In this document: positions 9,310 through 20,356 of the stretch, piece after piece | Layout of the letters: every line of letters begins with the position of its first letter | Numbering within the stretch: position 1 is the stretch's first letter | IMG/VR virus record: IMGVR_UViG_3300031992_000019 | Origin: a virus | Taxonomy: Duplodnaviria; Caudoviricetes | Strand: one strand, 5' to 3' | DNA: 64,000 nt | Translations under genes and position numbers: made by a program | Notes under the pieces: model-generated | What the model saw: only the letters and a program-made list of their open reading frames with translations | The model's database searches: none | What the model was told of the DNA's origin: nothing

Positions 9310-9420
9310 TTGTTTGCGGTCTCGAAAAGGAGTCGAACCCCTACCTTCTGGATTTACACTCAAATGTTGCTTTCTTCTATAACGATTGAGTCGGAAAATT
9401 GTTTACAAAACTTGAAAATT

Positions 9421-9819
9421 TTATATCCTCACGTCAATGTCCTTGTATCTTGCGAGTTTTCGGCAGCACTCCTTGTAGCCTTTGATGAGAGCCTTGTATT
9501 CATCTTTGGAGGGTTCTTCGCCCATCTCGTAGTGCAGCCGTTCAAGTTCATCGAACTCCGCTTGACCGATTTTCCTGATGAGGTTCTTCTTGTAGCCTAT
9601 GAGGTGGTTGGGGTCATTGCAGTTGCATATCGCACATTCCGCGTTGCAGTTCCTCTCGTCCCATCGTGTCGATAGGTTGTACCGCGAGAAGTAGTGACCG
9701 CACTGCATCCTCTCAAAGGGGAGGAGTTTCCCGCAAGATATACATCTGGTCATACCACCGACCTCGGCATCCCTCAATCGTATGTATAGGGAGTACACCC
9801 TATCCAGTTCTTTTCTCAT
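9421..9819 (-). CDS. NinG/Rap-family recombination endonuclease
   Basis: YIRLRD...CISCG...CGHY.SR....RWDERNCNAEC..CN. Start at MRKELD just after tRNA-Gly. Confidence 0.9.
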   Translation of the reverse strand: MRKELDRVYSLYIRLRDAEVGGMTRCISCGKLLPFERMQCGHYFSRYNLSTRWDERNCNAECAICNCNDPNHLIGYKKNLIRKIGQAEFDELERLHYEMGEEPSKDEYKALIKGYKECCRKLARYKDIDVRI

Positions 9820-9820
9820 G

Positions 9821-9892
9821 AGCGAGATACGGGACTCGAACCCGCAACCCTCGGTATGGGAAACCAATGCGCTACCATTGCGCCAATCTCGC
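9821..9892 (-). tRNA. tRNA-Gly(CCC)
   Basis: cloverleaf GCGAGAT/ATCTCGC, anticodon loop TT-CCC-AT, T loop TTCGAGT, U discriminator. Confidence 0.9.
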
Positions 9893-9980
9893 GTAACACC
9901 CCGAAGGGCGACCCTGCCTCACGGAGGGATTTCTCACTAACCTGTGTGTATTATGACTCAAATTATGCGAAAAAACATTG

Positions 9981-10053
9981 TGACCGCATCGGGACTCGAA
10001 CCCGAATCTAATCCTTAGGAGGGATTTATTACTATCCTTTGAACTATGCAGCC
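9981..10053 (-). tRNA. tRNA-Arg(CCT)
   Basis: GGCTGCA/TGCGGTC acceptor, anticodon loop CT-CCT-AA, T loop TTCGAGT. Confidence 0.85.
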
Positions 10054-10230
10054 TTCAATTTCTGGGTGCAAAGATAGTAATAAAAATCGTATGTTCCAAC
10101 ACTTGTATCGTATTATTTTCGTGTCATTAAGATTATTTAACACTTTTTATTTGGTCAATCCAATAAAAGGTCGTATCTTTGCAGCGTCAATAAAGACAAG
10201 ACCCACGGCGGGGTAGCCGAGTTTCATTAA

Positions 10231-10476
10231 ATGGTTGCTATGACATACCAAATTGACACCTTTGGGGCTGTACATCTAAAAGAGCGTAGCTTATATAACC
10301 ACAACTACTATCTTATGAACGATGGCAACATCATTCTTGAGAAATGCGATGATGACAACTTGTTTGGTTATTGGCTTGTGAACGGCGAAACCACCGAACT
10401 ATTGGGTTACTACGAGTATGACTCCATCTTTAATTTGCCAGCAGGCATTTATGATGTTGATAACGAGATATGTTAA
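10231..10476 (+). CDS. hypothetical protein
   Basis: first ORF after the plus-strand promoter at 10174. Confidence 0.6.
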   Translation: MVAMTYQIDTFGAVHLKERSLYNHNYYLMNDGNIILEKCDDDNLFGYWLVNGETTELLGYYEYDSIFNLPAGIYDVDNEIC

Positions 10477-10498
10477 TGCAACAAAAAGACCTACGTGT

Positions 10499-11308
10499 AT
10501 GAAGATTAGTTATAAGCAGATGCCGTTTCTTGCGGCAATAGAGAGCGGGACACTACTTGCCCCCGAATATCCCATCAAGAACTATGCCGATGATGACTAC
10601 GACCCCTCGTTAATCAAGGCATGGCTGATGCTCAACAAGGCTATGGCTACGGCATACAAGGACATCGCCAAGAACGTGGTTCTGGTGAGTTCCACCTATA
10701 TGGATGCGCTATACCGAAGCAGCAAGGCTTTCGACAACCTCATAGAGAAGGACGCACGAACCATCACCGAAGAAACCCTTGAGGGTAGCGGGTGTTATAT
10801 TTTCCCCGATGCCCAGCAGAAGGATATTAGGTTGGCGGTAATCTACCACAACTCCCCCGAAGTGCGGTTCGTGTTCGGTATTATCGACAACGACACCATC
10901 GCCTACGCGAACATAGACACACCCGCTGGGCAGCACAAGTTCATCACAAGGCGGTTTATCGCCAATGACGGGCAAGAGTGGGTAGAGAGGATTTTCCTAC
11001 GCTATCTGGTGTACCTCCGTATGATGGAGAAGTATGCCAAGGTAGAGACCAAGGTGATAGCCTCTGGCGCGAAGGTTAGGCTCAACCCGAGGTATCTCGA
11101 AACCACTACCAACACGTCTAAACTGAACGTGAAGTACCGCGATTCGCGCTGGTTCACCGAAATCGTAAGAAACGAGGGATTTATGGTGTCGGGACATTTC
11201 CGACTCCAACCCAAGAAGGTGAATGGCGAGTGGACGCGAGAACTTATCTACATCAATGAGTTCCAGAAGCACGGCTATCACCGCCGTGCGCAGATAGAAG
11301 AAGTATGA
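10499..11308 (+). CDS. phage protein with C-terminal VSGHFRLQP motif
   Basis: long ORF; likely start MKISYKQ. Confidence 0.75.
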   Translation: MKISYKQMPFLAAIESGTLLAPEYPIKNYADDDYDPSLIKAWLMLNKAMATAYKDIAKNVVLVSSTYMDALYRSSKAFDNLIEKDARTITEETLEGSGCYIFPDAQQKDIRLAVIYHNSPEVRFVFGIIDNDTIAYANIDTPAGQHKFITRRFIANDGQEWVERIFLRYLVYLRMMEKYAKVETKVIASGAKVRLNPRYLETTTNTSKLNVKYRDSRWFTEIVRNEGFMVSGHFRLQPKKVNGEWTRELIYINEFQKHGYHRRAQIEEV

Positions 11309-11507
11309 GCGACAAAGAGAAGATACGAACCGAGATTCAGCGCAGGCTGGACGAGTACGTGAAAAATCACGGTGACCTTGAGTTTATCCACGAAGAGTTG
11401 TACGGCAACAACCACTATGACGATGATGGTTATGATGTCGGTCGTCTCTGGGTGGACGAGAACACGATAAACATCTACCAGTCACTCCTCAAATTCATCG
11501 ACAAGTT

Positions 11508-12158
11508 ATGAACATCTGGCACGATATAAACACTCCGATTATTCCTAACCATGCTCTGGTAGTGATGACAAAACGCGGCTTCTGCCTAAAGACGGAATAT
11601 GACGAGGACAAGAATGTATTCCGTGGCGAGGGCATAGAGATAGACCCGTCAAACGTAGCAAGCTGGTGCTATTTCTGCGAACTCGTCAAGTCATCGAAAC
11701 CCTCCGTTGTAAAGGACTTCAAGTTCAACGATATAGTTCTCTACGCGAAGCACTGGTACAAGCACGGGTACATCTTGGATGACCTCTCCTATCTCTTTGG
11801 AAAGATTTATACATATTCCCCGAAGGGCGAGGTTGAGATAGCGGGCATGATGCTCCGCGTGATAGACGAACTCTACATTGAAAAGGGCGAAAGGTTCTCC
11901 AAGGACACTTTCCTCGGGTTCAGAAGTATTTATGACAAAGCGCAAGAGTATATGTATTTCTTCGAGTGCTCGTTTGATATGGCTATTATCCGCGTGACAT
12001 TGACCATCCTGTGCAACCTCACCAGAGACGAAATCATCCTCAAGCGACCGCACTACGGCAAGAAAGAGCATTTTAGAATGGGTAATATGGTCAAGGACTA
12101 CCCTATCTCCATGACCTATGCAGAAATGAACAGAATAGCAAAAAAGACATTTGGTTAA
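11508..12158 (+). CDS. hypothetical protein
   Basis: 216 aa, ATGA-coupled. Confidence 0.7.
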   Translation: MNIWHDINTPIIPNHALVVMTKRGFCLKTEYDEDKNVFRGEGIEIDPSNVASWCYFCELVKSSKPSVVKDFKFNDIVLYAKHWYKHGYILDDLSYLFGKIYTYSPKGEVEIAGMMLRVIDELYIEKGERFSKDTFLGFRSIYDKAQEYMYFFECSFDMAIIRVTLTILCNLTRDEIILKRPHYGKKEHFRMGNMVKDYPISMTYAEMNRIAKKTFG

Positions 12159-12159
12159 T

Positions 12160-12588
12160 ATGGCAAAGTTAGTTAATTATGAGATAGCAAGTTTCTTCGA
12201 CAAGAGGGGACACATCTTCGACACCGAGTATTTCATCTACCCAGATGGGGTTATTACACAAATCCCTAACCGCGACAATGTGCGTTGTCCGTCTATCTAT
12301 GACATTATGGACTGGCTGCGTGACGAGAAGAACATCGACATCGACATTAAGGCTTGCTGCGGTATGCTCCACATCAAGGTCTATGTTCCGTGCATCCACA
12401 CCTACACAAGAGCCGATAAACTTCACGAGGATGATAATAAGGTTAGATGGATTCAGCACGACCACTACCTACACTATGAGGACGACTATGGCATTATTCC
12501 AGCACATCGGGATTTCGACACCTACGAAGAGGCTGCTAACGCGGCTATCGAGTATTGTCTAACCAAACTATTGAAACGCAATGTATAA
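12160..12588 (+). CDS. hypothetical protein, paralogue of 24355..24777
   Basis: shared V..E.A..L..KG / P.I....WLR.E..I.I / YEEA...AI.YCL pattern. Confidence 0.7.
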   Translation: MAKLVNYEIASFFDKRGHIFDTEYFIYPDGVITQIPNRDNVRCPSIYDIMDWLRDEKNIDIDIKACCGMLHIKVYVPCIHTYTRADKLHEDDNKVRWIQHDHYLHYEDDYGIIPAHRDFDTYEEAANAAIEYCLTKLLKRNV

Positions 12589-12840
12589 GAACGGCACTAA
12601 CAAGCTGGGGGTGAAACTCCCCCGAAAGGTCAAGAAGGTCTATACCTCTTGTTTCCCCGAAAGGTCATATAACAAAATCTACAAGAGGATGAGCATACGC
12701 TCCAACACCAACTATGTATCTACTCTTTTCAAGATTTTGGATTATGTCTATTACATCGACGATAAAGCCATTGGCGAGGGTCGGGGGTTTAGACCAAGCT
12801 GGTCTGAAATCGTGAATCACAAACTTTACAAGACAAGGAA

Positions 12841-13275
12841 ATGAAAATACTCCAAGGTATAACAATCTATCAATGCGAGTTCTGCGGCAAGGTCTCCCTT
12901 TCGAGGGGTGGACTATCCAACCACGAAAGGTTCTGCCGCGTGAAGCATGAGTACAAGGACGGCTCTCCGTGTTTCGGGTGCAAGCTGCTCACCACGCGCA
13001 ATGTCAAGCCAGAGGAAGATTCTCCGAGATGCTTTGGTTGCGACTACCACGATTACAATGTTGGGTGTTGCACCTCCGACATCTGCCCTACCCCCTATGT
13101 GGACTTTGTTTGCCGTCTTTCTGGCAAGGCGATGTACTACCCTCCGAGGATTGCCGCCCGTAGCAAAGAGATTCAAGAGAAGATAATCAAGCGGTGCAAC
13201 TGCGCCATGCCGAAAGAGTGCGAGGACTTCTCCCCAAAGCCAAATGAAATTACCAACCTTTCCGCGAAGCAATGA
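12841..13275 (+). CDS. Cys-rich zinc-binding protein
   Basis: YQCEFCGK...HERFC plus further CxxC pairs. Confidence 0.65.
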   Translation: MKILQGITIYQCEFCGKVSLSRGGLSNHERFCRVKHEYKDGSPCFGCKLLTTRNVKPEEDSPRCFGCDYHDYNVGCCTSDICPTPYVDFVCRLSGKAMYYPPRIAARSKEIQEKIIKRCNCAMPKECEDFSPKPNEITNLSAKQ

Positions 13276-13281
13276 AATAGT

Positions 13282-13731
13282 ATGGAATACAAGAAGACCC
13301 GTTTATCCACGAAACTCTATGACCTATATGGCGATAAGTACGCATCCCACATAGAGGTAGGAAAGGAATATTGGGAATATTTTACGGCAGACACGGAGAT
13401 ATATAAAAAGACAGGGCAGAACTACAACAAAATCAAAGTCACCTATGTCCGCAGCGGGTGTATGTTTTATACCTTTTGCGATGCTCCAGAAATAGACGAG
13501 GGATATTGTTCTATTAACTCCTTTAAGGCGATGAACCTAATTGTTGCCGAAATTGACCCGATAAAGGACTTGGAGAGCATCAAGGAAACCGATAAGGACT
13601 TTTATTATTTCGACAGCACCTTTACCATAGTAAAGAACTGGCCTAATGAACCAGTTAGCGAAATAAACGAAGAGACCTTTTACAAGCGTTATGTAGCAAT
13701 TACCATTTCATCAATGTTGGGAGAATTTTAA
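13282..13731 (+). CDS. hypothetical protein
   Basis: 149 aa in operon. Confidence 0.65.
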   Translation: MEYKKTRLSTKLYDLYGDKYASHIEVGKEYWEYFTADTEIYKKTGQNYNKIKVTYVRSGCMFYTFCDAPEIDEGYCSINSFKAMNLIVAEIDPIKDLESIKETDKDFYYFDSTFTIVKNWPNEPVSEINEETFYKRYVAITISSMLGEF

Positions 13732-13905
13732 CATATATGGTAGAACAAAGGGAAATATGTTGTCATTGCGTCCATTGGAAACCTGGCAGATATTGGTCGG
13801 CAACTGGCGCGGAATGGTATAGAAACCAACTGCGAAAAGACCTTGAGGACGGCATAAGGGAAATCAACGAGAAATCCTCAAAAATCATCCAAACGTACAC
13901 GTTAA

Positions 13906-14427
13906 ATGAATATGACAATCGAAATTTCAACCGAGGATTATAATTTCCTCAAAGACCTACAACACGAACTCAACACCCAAGGGACGGATGGCAATGCACA
14001 ACCCGTCTATTGGCAAGTGATTGAAACGAAGGAGGTGGGTGTACCTGACGGATGCGGTGAACCCAGAATCTATATGGGCGATGGTGTTTGCGGTACAAAA
14101 GAAGAGGCTATCGACCGAATCAACGAAAACATAGGCGAATATTCGGAAGAAACACAGAAGGATTGGCAAGGACTATACAAATCTATGCAGCTCGTTGTCT
14201 TGTTTGCCCGCACTCGTTTGTTTTGGGAAGATTGGCGAATTATCTATGTGGATAAGGTTGATAGTCTGACCGAGAACACTGGTGCATTCTTCACCAAACG
14301 CGCTTGTCAAGAGTATATAGACAACAACCGCCACAACCTCGAGAACCCTCACACCTACGCGATGACCGCATTAAGAAACAAGGAGTTTGAGAGAGTGATA
14401 AACTTTCTCCGAACAATGAAATTATAA
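13906..14427 (+). CDS. hypothetical phage protein
   Basis: 173 aa in operon. Confidence 0.7.
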   Translation: MNMTIEISTEDYNFLKDLQHELNTQGTDGNAQPVYWQVIETKEVGVPDGCGEPRIYMGDGVCGTKEEAIDRINENIGEYSEETQKDWQGLYKSMQLVVLFARTRLFWEDWRIIYVDKVDSLTENTGAFFTKRACQEYIDNNRHNLENPHTYAMTALRNKEFERVINFLRTMKL

Positions 14428-14429
14428 CT

Positions 14430-14792
14430 ATGGCAAAGTTCAAGAAAAACGATTTAGTCACCAATGGCAAGGAAATCTTGTGGATAACCGAAGTGGATGA
14501 CACCAACTACACCATCTGCTACAACGATGGCAGCGAGATGATGTTTAATATAGACTCCATCGACAAGGAGTATGAGGTATGGAAGCCGAAAAGAATCTGG
14601 CACGAATCCTCCGAAGAACCCCGAAACAACAAGAGGGTGGTTATCGTCAAGAAGAGTTATGACGGCATACATTCCGATGTGGGGCGATACTCCAAGGATG
14701 AGAGAATCATCATCTGCGAGATAGATAGGTGGAAGCTCAAGGATATCACCCACTGGGCAAATTTCGAGGACTTAATCAAGGCTACTCTTTGA
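14430..14792 (+). CDS. hypothetical protein, MAKFKKNDLVT family
   Basis: paralogue of 24791..25144 and 893..1183. Confidence 0.75.
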   Translation: MAKFKKNDLVTNGKEILWITEVDDTNYTICYNDGSEMMFNIDSIDKEYEVWKPKRIWHESSEEPRNNKRVVIVKKSYDGIHSDVGRYSKDERIIICEIDRWKLKDITHWANFEDLIKATL

Positions 14793-15016
14793 TAAATGGG
14801 ACTATATAAGTGTGAGAAGTGCGGGTGTACCGAGAACACCGCCCTTGGCTGGTATTGGATGGCGAAAGACCTCGCGGATGATGCAGACTGGTCGGACGTG
14901 GGTGAAGAGTACAAGGGCAAGAGGCTGTGTTCGGAGTGTGCTCCAAAGAGATATAAGGACGGCAAACCCACTGGCTTCGGTCGGTGGCATAATAAATTTC
15001 CAAAACAAAAATAGTT

Positions 15017-15349
15017 ATGTACGAAAGAGATGCAACGTGTGACATTAGGGTAGAACTTTCTATTCCGAATGAAAAAATCATCGGTCAAGCAAGAGAGGTG
15101 ATGAAACATTACACTCCCATTGTAGAAGAGGCTCTCAAGGATGCTCATTTACGGATTCTAAATGACAGGGACAACCAAGAGAGATTGAAACTGATTGTAG
15201 CGGATAGGGTCGAAACCGTATTGAGGGAAATGACCGAATCCTACATTAGAAGAGCCGTGGATTCCGTGTTCTATGCCGAGTCACACAAACTGGAGGATGC
15301 GGTGAGGGACGCGATAAACAAGAAGATAGATGACATTCGAGGAACTTGA
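15017..15349 (+). CDS. hypothetical protein
   Basis: 110 aa in operon. Confidence 0.6.
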   Translation: MYERDATCDIRVELSIPNEKIIGQAREVMKHYTPIVEEALKDAHLRILNDRDNQERLKLIVADRVETVLREMTESYIRRAVDSVFYAESHKLEDAVRDAINKKIDDIRGT

Positions 15350-16078
15350 AATAGGAAAATGCTACACGTCCCACTCTGATTCTCTCCGCAAGGTCATTGC
15401 AAAGGGATTGGACTGGGTGTGCGTTCTTCTCTACTCCTACAATCATTGCGTGTGCAACGTGGTGTTCATCATGTCCGATGACGAATGGTTGAAGAACTGG
15501 GAGGTTGACGATGACTGCGCCTACATCTTTGACGAGTTGAGGTATTCAGACGATTATACATTGAAAGACTTATGACAATCACGGCTAAATGCAAGAAGAG
15601 TGTCAATATCTTTGGGATGGAGTTTGTTCCAGAGAAAGAGTACACCTTTGACCAGACCATCAACTACGAAAAGGATTCCTTCGGGGAGGCATTCTGCCTA
15701 CGGAGAAGGAGCGAGGTTTATAGCATAAAGATTCCTCCCTGTTTCATCTACTCCTTCTACGATAGGAAAACCTGCGAGGACGAGGGATGGTGCTCCATTG
15801 ACTTGATGGGTAATATTGAACCGATGTTGTGTTTTGAAGATTATTTCTATGTGGTATAAATTTAATGACTATTGCAACGGAGACAAGGCATTTGTGTGTT
15901 GTTGCTATGTAACGCCGTTCAAGTCGCCAAACACAATGCACGTATTGCAAAGTAACGTGTATATACTTCCGTCTATCAGCTTCCGTTTTAATAACTGGGG
16001 TGTGTGCATATTCTTCTCGTGGATAACATTCAATGCGTGGCTTGAGTATAGAAACATAACCAAGCAAAAGAAATATCT

Positions 16079-16423
16079 ATGACATGGAAGGTGTACGACC
16101 TCTATCCAGACTACGAAGTCAGCGATGAGGGGCAGGTGAGAAGAATTAGGGATGGAAAGATATTGAAACAATACCCCCAGAAGAGCGGCTATGTTGTAGT
16201 GTTCCTTGATAGGGGATGCGGAAACACCCCGATACCTGTCCATAGGATTGTCGCGGACGTGTTCCTTGAGAGATTACCTCACCACGATAGGATAGACCAC
16301 ATCAACACGATAAGAAGCGACAATAGGGCGGTTAATTTGAGGTGGACGGACGCGAAAGGCAACGCGAACAACCCGATTACAAAAATCAATATGAGCAAAG
16401 CAAGGCACAAAAAAATTGGATAA
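16079..16423 (+). CDS. NUMOD4/HNH endonuclease
   Basis: YEVSDEGQVRR, VHRIVA..F, IDHINTIRSDNRAVNLRW. Confidence 0.9.
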   Translation: MTWKVYDLYPDYEVSDEGQVRRIRDGKILKQYPQKSGYVVVFLDRGCGNTPIPVHRIVADVFLERLPHHDRIDHINTIRSDNRAVNLRWTDAKGNANNPITKINMSKARHKKIG

Positions 16424-16658
16424 TTTAACCCAAACTCAATAGAAAATGAGAGCTACATCTTATATAATGATGGCGATTGGATGTATTGTATGGTATGTGT
16501 CTCTATTCATAATGTGGCCTACTTTCTCCATATTACCCAAATCAATGTTCAGCAAGGAAGAATTGAAGGCGGCTAAAATCGCGGAAATAATAGGCTATGC
16601 GGGTCTCTTGTGTGCAAGCATTGGCTTCGTTATATTGATTCTAATAGAATAACAAACA

Positions 16659-17060
16659 ATGATAGAAGTAAAAGATACAGCAACTGGTGAGGTCAAGCAA
16701 TTTGACAGCATCGACAAGGTGAGTGACGGCTATCACACCTTCGAGGAGTTATATGAGTTCCGCAAACTATTCAATGCGGCATTCTTCAACCTCCTCGCCC
16801 AAGACCATCGTGTAATCAAGTCCAAACGTCATTACACTGGAGAGGAGTGCTTCGGTGGCGGCTGGTTCATCGTTATGGCTTATCTACCTACGGGGCAGAT
16901 TTCCAACCATTACGAAATGAAGGATTGGGGTTTGTTCAAATGCCCAGAATATCCTTATGCTGACGAATGGGATGGGCATACTCCACAAGATGTGGTAGAT
17001 AGACTTACGCAATACTTGACGGGCAAGCGCACTCTGAATGTACCAGTACACTATAAATAA
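16659..17060 (+). CDS. phage protein with SDGYHTF / WDGHT motifs
   Basis: SDGYHTFEELY, GQISNHY, WDGHT. Confidence 0.8.
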   Translation: MIEVKDTATGEVKQFDSIDKVSDGYHTFEELYEFRKLFNAAFFNLLAQDHRVIKSKRHYTGEECFGGGWFIVMAYLPTGQISNHYEMKDWGLFKCPEYPYADEWDGHTPQDVVDRLTQYLTGKRTLNVPVHYK

Positions 17061-17478
17061 AGTTATGAATATACGAATCGAATATGACGGCACTATGGCG
17101 AAGTGCTATATCCAAGACACCTTCGGGAAAGACCCGTTCAAGGAAGTGCCATTTAACGAGGCTGACAATATGAGCCAAGTATTCGCGCTTGGTGCTTTCT
17201 CCTGCATCAAGGAATGCTGGAAACGAGAGCAAATGAATAAGTTGGCTACCGAGATTAAGTTAGCAGAAGAGAAGAGAAGAAATGAAAAGAGCAATTAGAC
17301 ATCCCCTTGGGGCGATTCCGAGGTTTATCGTAAAAGAAAGGCGTATCAATGACCTCAAAGCGGCTTTTTCCCGCTATATGGATGCCAACTACCCCATTCC
17401 GCAAAAGTTCATAGACGAGTACAACGAACTTGTCAAAAGACTCCCCGAAGAGGATTCCGACGAAATAAAATTACCAAG

Positions 17479-17823
17479 ATGCGAATCATAAAATTCCGAG
17501 GCAAAGACCTCAACGGAGAATGGGTATATGGCGACTTGCACACCCTTTGCGACAAGCCGCACATCCACACCTCCCCATTGGGTAGGAGTTATATCAACAC
17601 CGACACCATCGGTCAATACACGGGTGTCAATGACAAACACGGCAGGGAGATATACGAGGGCGATATTGTCCAATTCTTCAAGATGAGATTAAAGGTTTCT
17701 TGGAGCGATACCACTTGTTCCTTTATCTTGGAAAATGACGAAATGCTACTTGACCTCACCGAACACAATAGTCGCGTGTGTGAAATAATCGGGAACATCC
17801 ACGACAACCCAAAACTATTATGA
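17479..17823 (+). CDS. YopX-family protein
   Basis: IKFRGK...WVYG, GQYTGVNDKHGREIYEGDIV, IIGNIHDNPKLL. Confidence 0.9.
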   Translation: MRIIKFRGKDLNGEWVYGDLHTLCDKPHIHTSPLGRSYINTDTIGQYTGVNDKHGREIYEGDIVQFFKMRLKVSWSDTTCSFILENDEMLLDLTEHNSRVCEIIGNIHDNPKLL

Positions 17824-18275
17824 AGACGATAGGACTTAACGAGATTCGGAATATCTCCCGAAAGACGGGGATGAAACCCTCCCAGTGCAAATGCAAGTTA
17901 TGCCAGCAGCAATGCCACACCCCTTGCTTGGGCACTCCCAATGACATTTTAAGGCTCATTGAGGCGGGATATAAGGACAGGTTAGAGCCAACAATCTGGA
18001 ATGCAGGAATGGTTATGGGAACTACCGACCATCCGATACCGATGGTACAAGCGAGGATAGAAGCGAGGATAGAGGGAGCATGGTGTACGTTCTTCCACGA
18101 CGGCTTGTGCGAGCTGCACAATCTTGGACTGAAACCCACCGAGGGAAAACTCTCCCATCACTCAATGACACTCGAGAGATGGACACCAAAAAAGTCACTA
18201 TCTTGGAACGTGGCAAAGACGTGGGAGGATAATGACGAAAAAGTAGAAAAGATATTATCAGCATTTAATATATGA
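17820..18275 (+). CDS. Cys-cluster protein (YkgJ-like metal-binding)
   Basis: CKCKLCQQQC..PC, CTFF..GLC.LH..GLKP. Confidence 0.6.
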   Translation: MKTIGLNEIRNISRKTGMKPSQCKCKLCQQQCHTPCLGTPNDILRLIEAGYKDRLEPTIWNAGMVMGTTDHPIPMVQARIEARIEGAWCTFFHDGLCELHNLGLKPTEGKLSHHSMTLERWTPKKSLSWNVAKTWEDNDEKVEKILSAFNI

Positions 18276-18847
18276 GCGCAACATTAACATTAGACCGATT
18301 CCAGTTGATGTGGCTATGCGAAGGAGCAATGGGCAAGTCACATTTGAGATGGGATATCTACCCAATGATGGTAAATGATGTTTACCCCCAGCTTTCCGAT
18401 GGCGAGAGAGAGGCAATCTTCACCTATGTAAAGAGAGATGAGTCTTGGAAGTTCAAGGACGACTTTGACAAGACCGCAAAGGAGTATTATCTCAAGATGC
18501 TCGCAAGGTACAACCCAGCCAACCAGTATGAGGTGACGCTCAAGGATGGTCGCAAGAGAATCAAGGTGGATGCCTACAAATGGGAGAATAAATACTTTGT
18601 CGGGTGGCAGAGGTACTGCGCCCCAGAGAACATAGTTGAGACAAGGCAAAAGCCGTTCAAGAAATGCGCCAACGAACTGTGCAAGGCGCGGGATATATGT
18701 CTGCGTTCCTTCTATCAAGAAGGGGATATGATGTTCGGTAACGGCTCTCAATTTGCTTGTGACAAGTGCGACTTCATAATCGTAGGAGAGAGTATTGTTG
18801 ACCCCGTGGCAGAGATTTGTATAACCCCGAAATTCAAGAACAGATGA
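18272..18847 (+). CDS. hypothetical protein
   Basis: 191 aa, coupled. Confidence 0.7.
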   Translation: MSATLTLDRFQLMWLCEGAMGKSHLRWDIYPMMVNDVYPQLSDGEREAIFTYVKRDESWKFKDDFDKTAKEYYLKMLARYNPANQYEVTLKDGRKRIKVDAYKWENKYFVGWQRYCAPENIVETRQKPFKKCANELCKARDICLRSFYQEGDMMFGNGSQFACDKCDFIIVGESIVDPVAEICITPKFKNR

Positions 18848-18964
18848 ATAAGAAAAATAGTTTAGATGAACGATACATTGTCGGCATAGACCTCGCATAC
18901 AACAAACCCGCATTCGAGGAACTCCTCAAACACGGGAGAAGATTGGGCGACACCACCCTTCTTG

Positions 18965-19303
18965 TCAAGGAACTGCTTGCTTTTTCGGGGGATTCGGATT
19001 CGGAACAACCTTCTCTTGAAAGAGTTTCCCCTTCCTAACGCAAAACTTGGCTATCCAAGGTCTATCCGTGTCATATCTTATTATCACCGCGCAGTCCGCT
19101 CTCAATATGGCATCCCTTGTTTCCTCACACACGAAATAGGGGATGCCATTCCTTTCTGCCATGCTCTCAACCAGACTCCACCCGTCCGAATACACGAAGG
19201 TTATAGGATGCGGATAGGTCACGTTGATGGCGAACTTGTATAACTTGTCTATGTCACTTTCCAAGAAGTCAATGTCCTTGTTCCCTACTATCGCGACCCT
19301 CAT
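18965..19303 (-). CDS. possible SLOG/YspA-like protein
   Basis: MRVAIVG start and alpha/beta pattern; weak. Confidence 0.45.
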   Translation of the reverse strand: MRVAIVGNKDIDFLESDIDKLYKFAINVTYPHPITFVYSDGWSLVESMAERNGIPYFVCEETRDAILRADCAVIIRYDTDRPWIAKFCVRKGKLFQEKVVPNPNPPKKQAVP

Positions 19304-19489
19304 GATGTGGCTTTAATGATAAACTCTTCGACAATCCTTCTTATCTCTTCGGCATCATCGTGCCCCAGACCCACGCAGACGTGTTCTGCTGACCTTGGAG
19401 CGCAGAAGTTCACTTGGATGTAGAAATCCTCACTATGACCCTCAAAGAACGAATGTAGGGCATTTCTCTGCGCTATGCGCTTGTCCAGA

Positions 19490-20356
19490 CTATTTTTCAT
19501 TTTGTACCTGTTCGTATGCGGTAATATAATCTTGCGGTGTGCAGTTGTATTTCTCCAAGAAGAGTTTCTCCATCGCCCCTACTCCTAAAATAGACTTGGC
19601 GGTATCGTAAATCTTCTTGTCCTCGCTCTCCTCCTCTATCTTGACATCCCAGTTGTTTGCCTTGGCGATGGTTCTCAACAATGGCGAGTTGTTGCCTTTT
19701 AGAAGTTTCTCGACAAACTCCTTCGGCGCGGCATCCCTCATCATCTCTTCGTGCCTTCTAATGGCATCGTTCTTGTCCTCCTCCTTCTCGAGATTCTCTA
19801 TCTCGCCCCTGCGCCACGCAAGGAACTGGGTAGCAGCCTCGCCTATCTTCATCGGGTCAACTGCCCCATAGAACGTGCCATAGTCACCCGACATGAACTT
19901 GAAGAGAAATAATAGTATCTCACGGACATTCAACCGATACTCCGTGAACTTGCTGTATAGTGTGAGAGCCGTGGCGGTAACTTGCAAGGTGTTCATCTTG
20001 GTCTTTGTGCCAGCGATGGCATCAAGTATCTCTATGTTCTTCTCAAGCCACTTCAACGAGGTGTTCTCACCGAAGGCAATATCCATCACGTTAAGCGACG
20101 GAGCCTCTGGCTTGTAGTTCTTCGTGGGAAAGCACTGCTTGCCGACGAACCTCTTCATGTTATACAATGAGTAGTGGTTGATGAAGTTGTCCAATGCCCT
20201 TTCGGGGGTGAATCGTATCACGTTTCCGTTCTGGTCAGTAATCACCGAAAAACGCTCCACTATCGGGTGTGTTGTCCCTTGCGGCTTGGAAAGCGCGTAA
20301 TTGTTCATCTCGCTTGTTTCTTGCGCTCTCCTCTTTGGCGAGTTGTTGAGTTCCAT
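19490..20356 (-). CDS. replication-associated protein (loader-like partner of initiator)
   Basis: EILLFLFKFMSGDYGTFYGAVDP motif; follows the initiator gene. Confidence 0.65.
   Translation of the reverse strand: MELNNSPKRRAQETSEMNNYALSKPQGTTHPIVERFSVITDQNGNVIRFTPERALDNFINHYSLYNMKRFVGKQCFPTKNYKPEAPSLNVMDIAFGENTSLKWLEKNIEILDAIAGTKTKMNTLQVTATALTLYSKFTEYRLNVREILLFLFKFMSGDYGTFYGAVDPMKIGEAATQFLAWRRGEIENLEKEEDKNDAIRRHEEMMRDAAPKEFVEKLLKGNNSPLLRTIAKANNWDVKIEEESEDKKIYDTAKSILGVGAMEKLFLEKYNCTPQDYITAYEQVQNEK

Noticed and set aside
9371-9384. 14-nt match of the second tRNA-like loop to 36895-36908
   Set aside because: Short, AT-rich and in the sense orientation of that transcript; could be chance.
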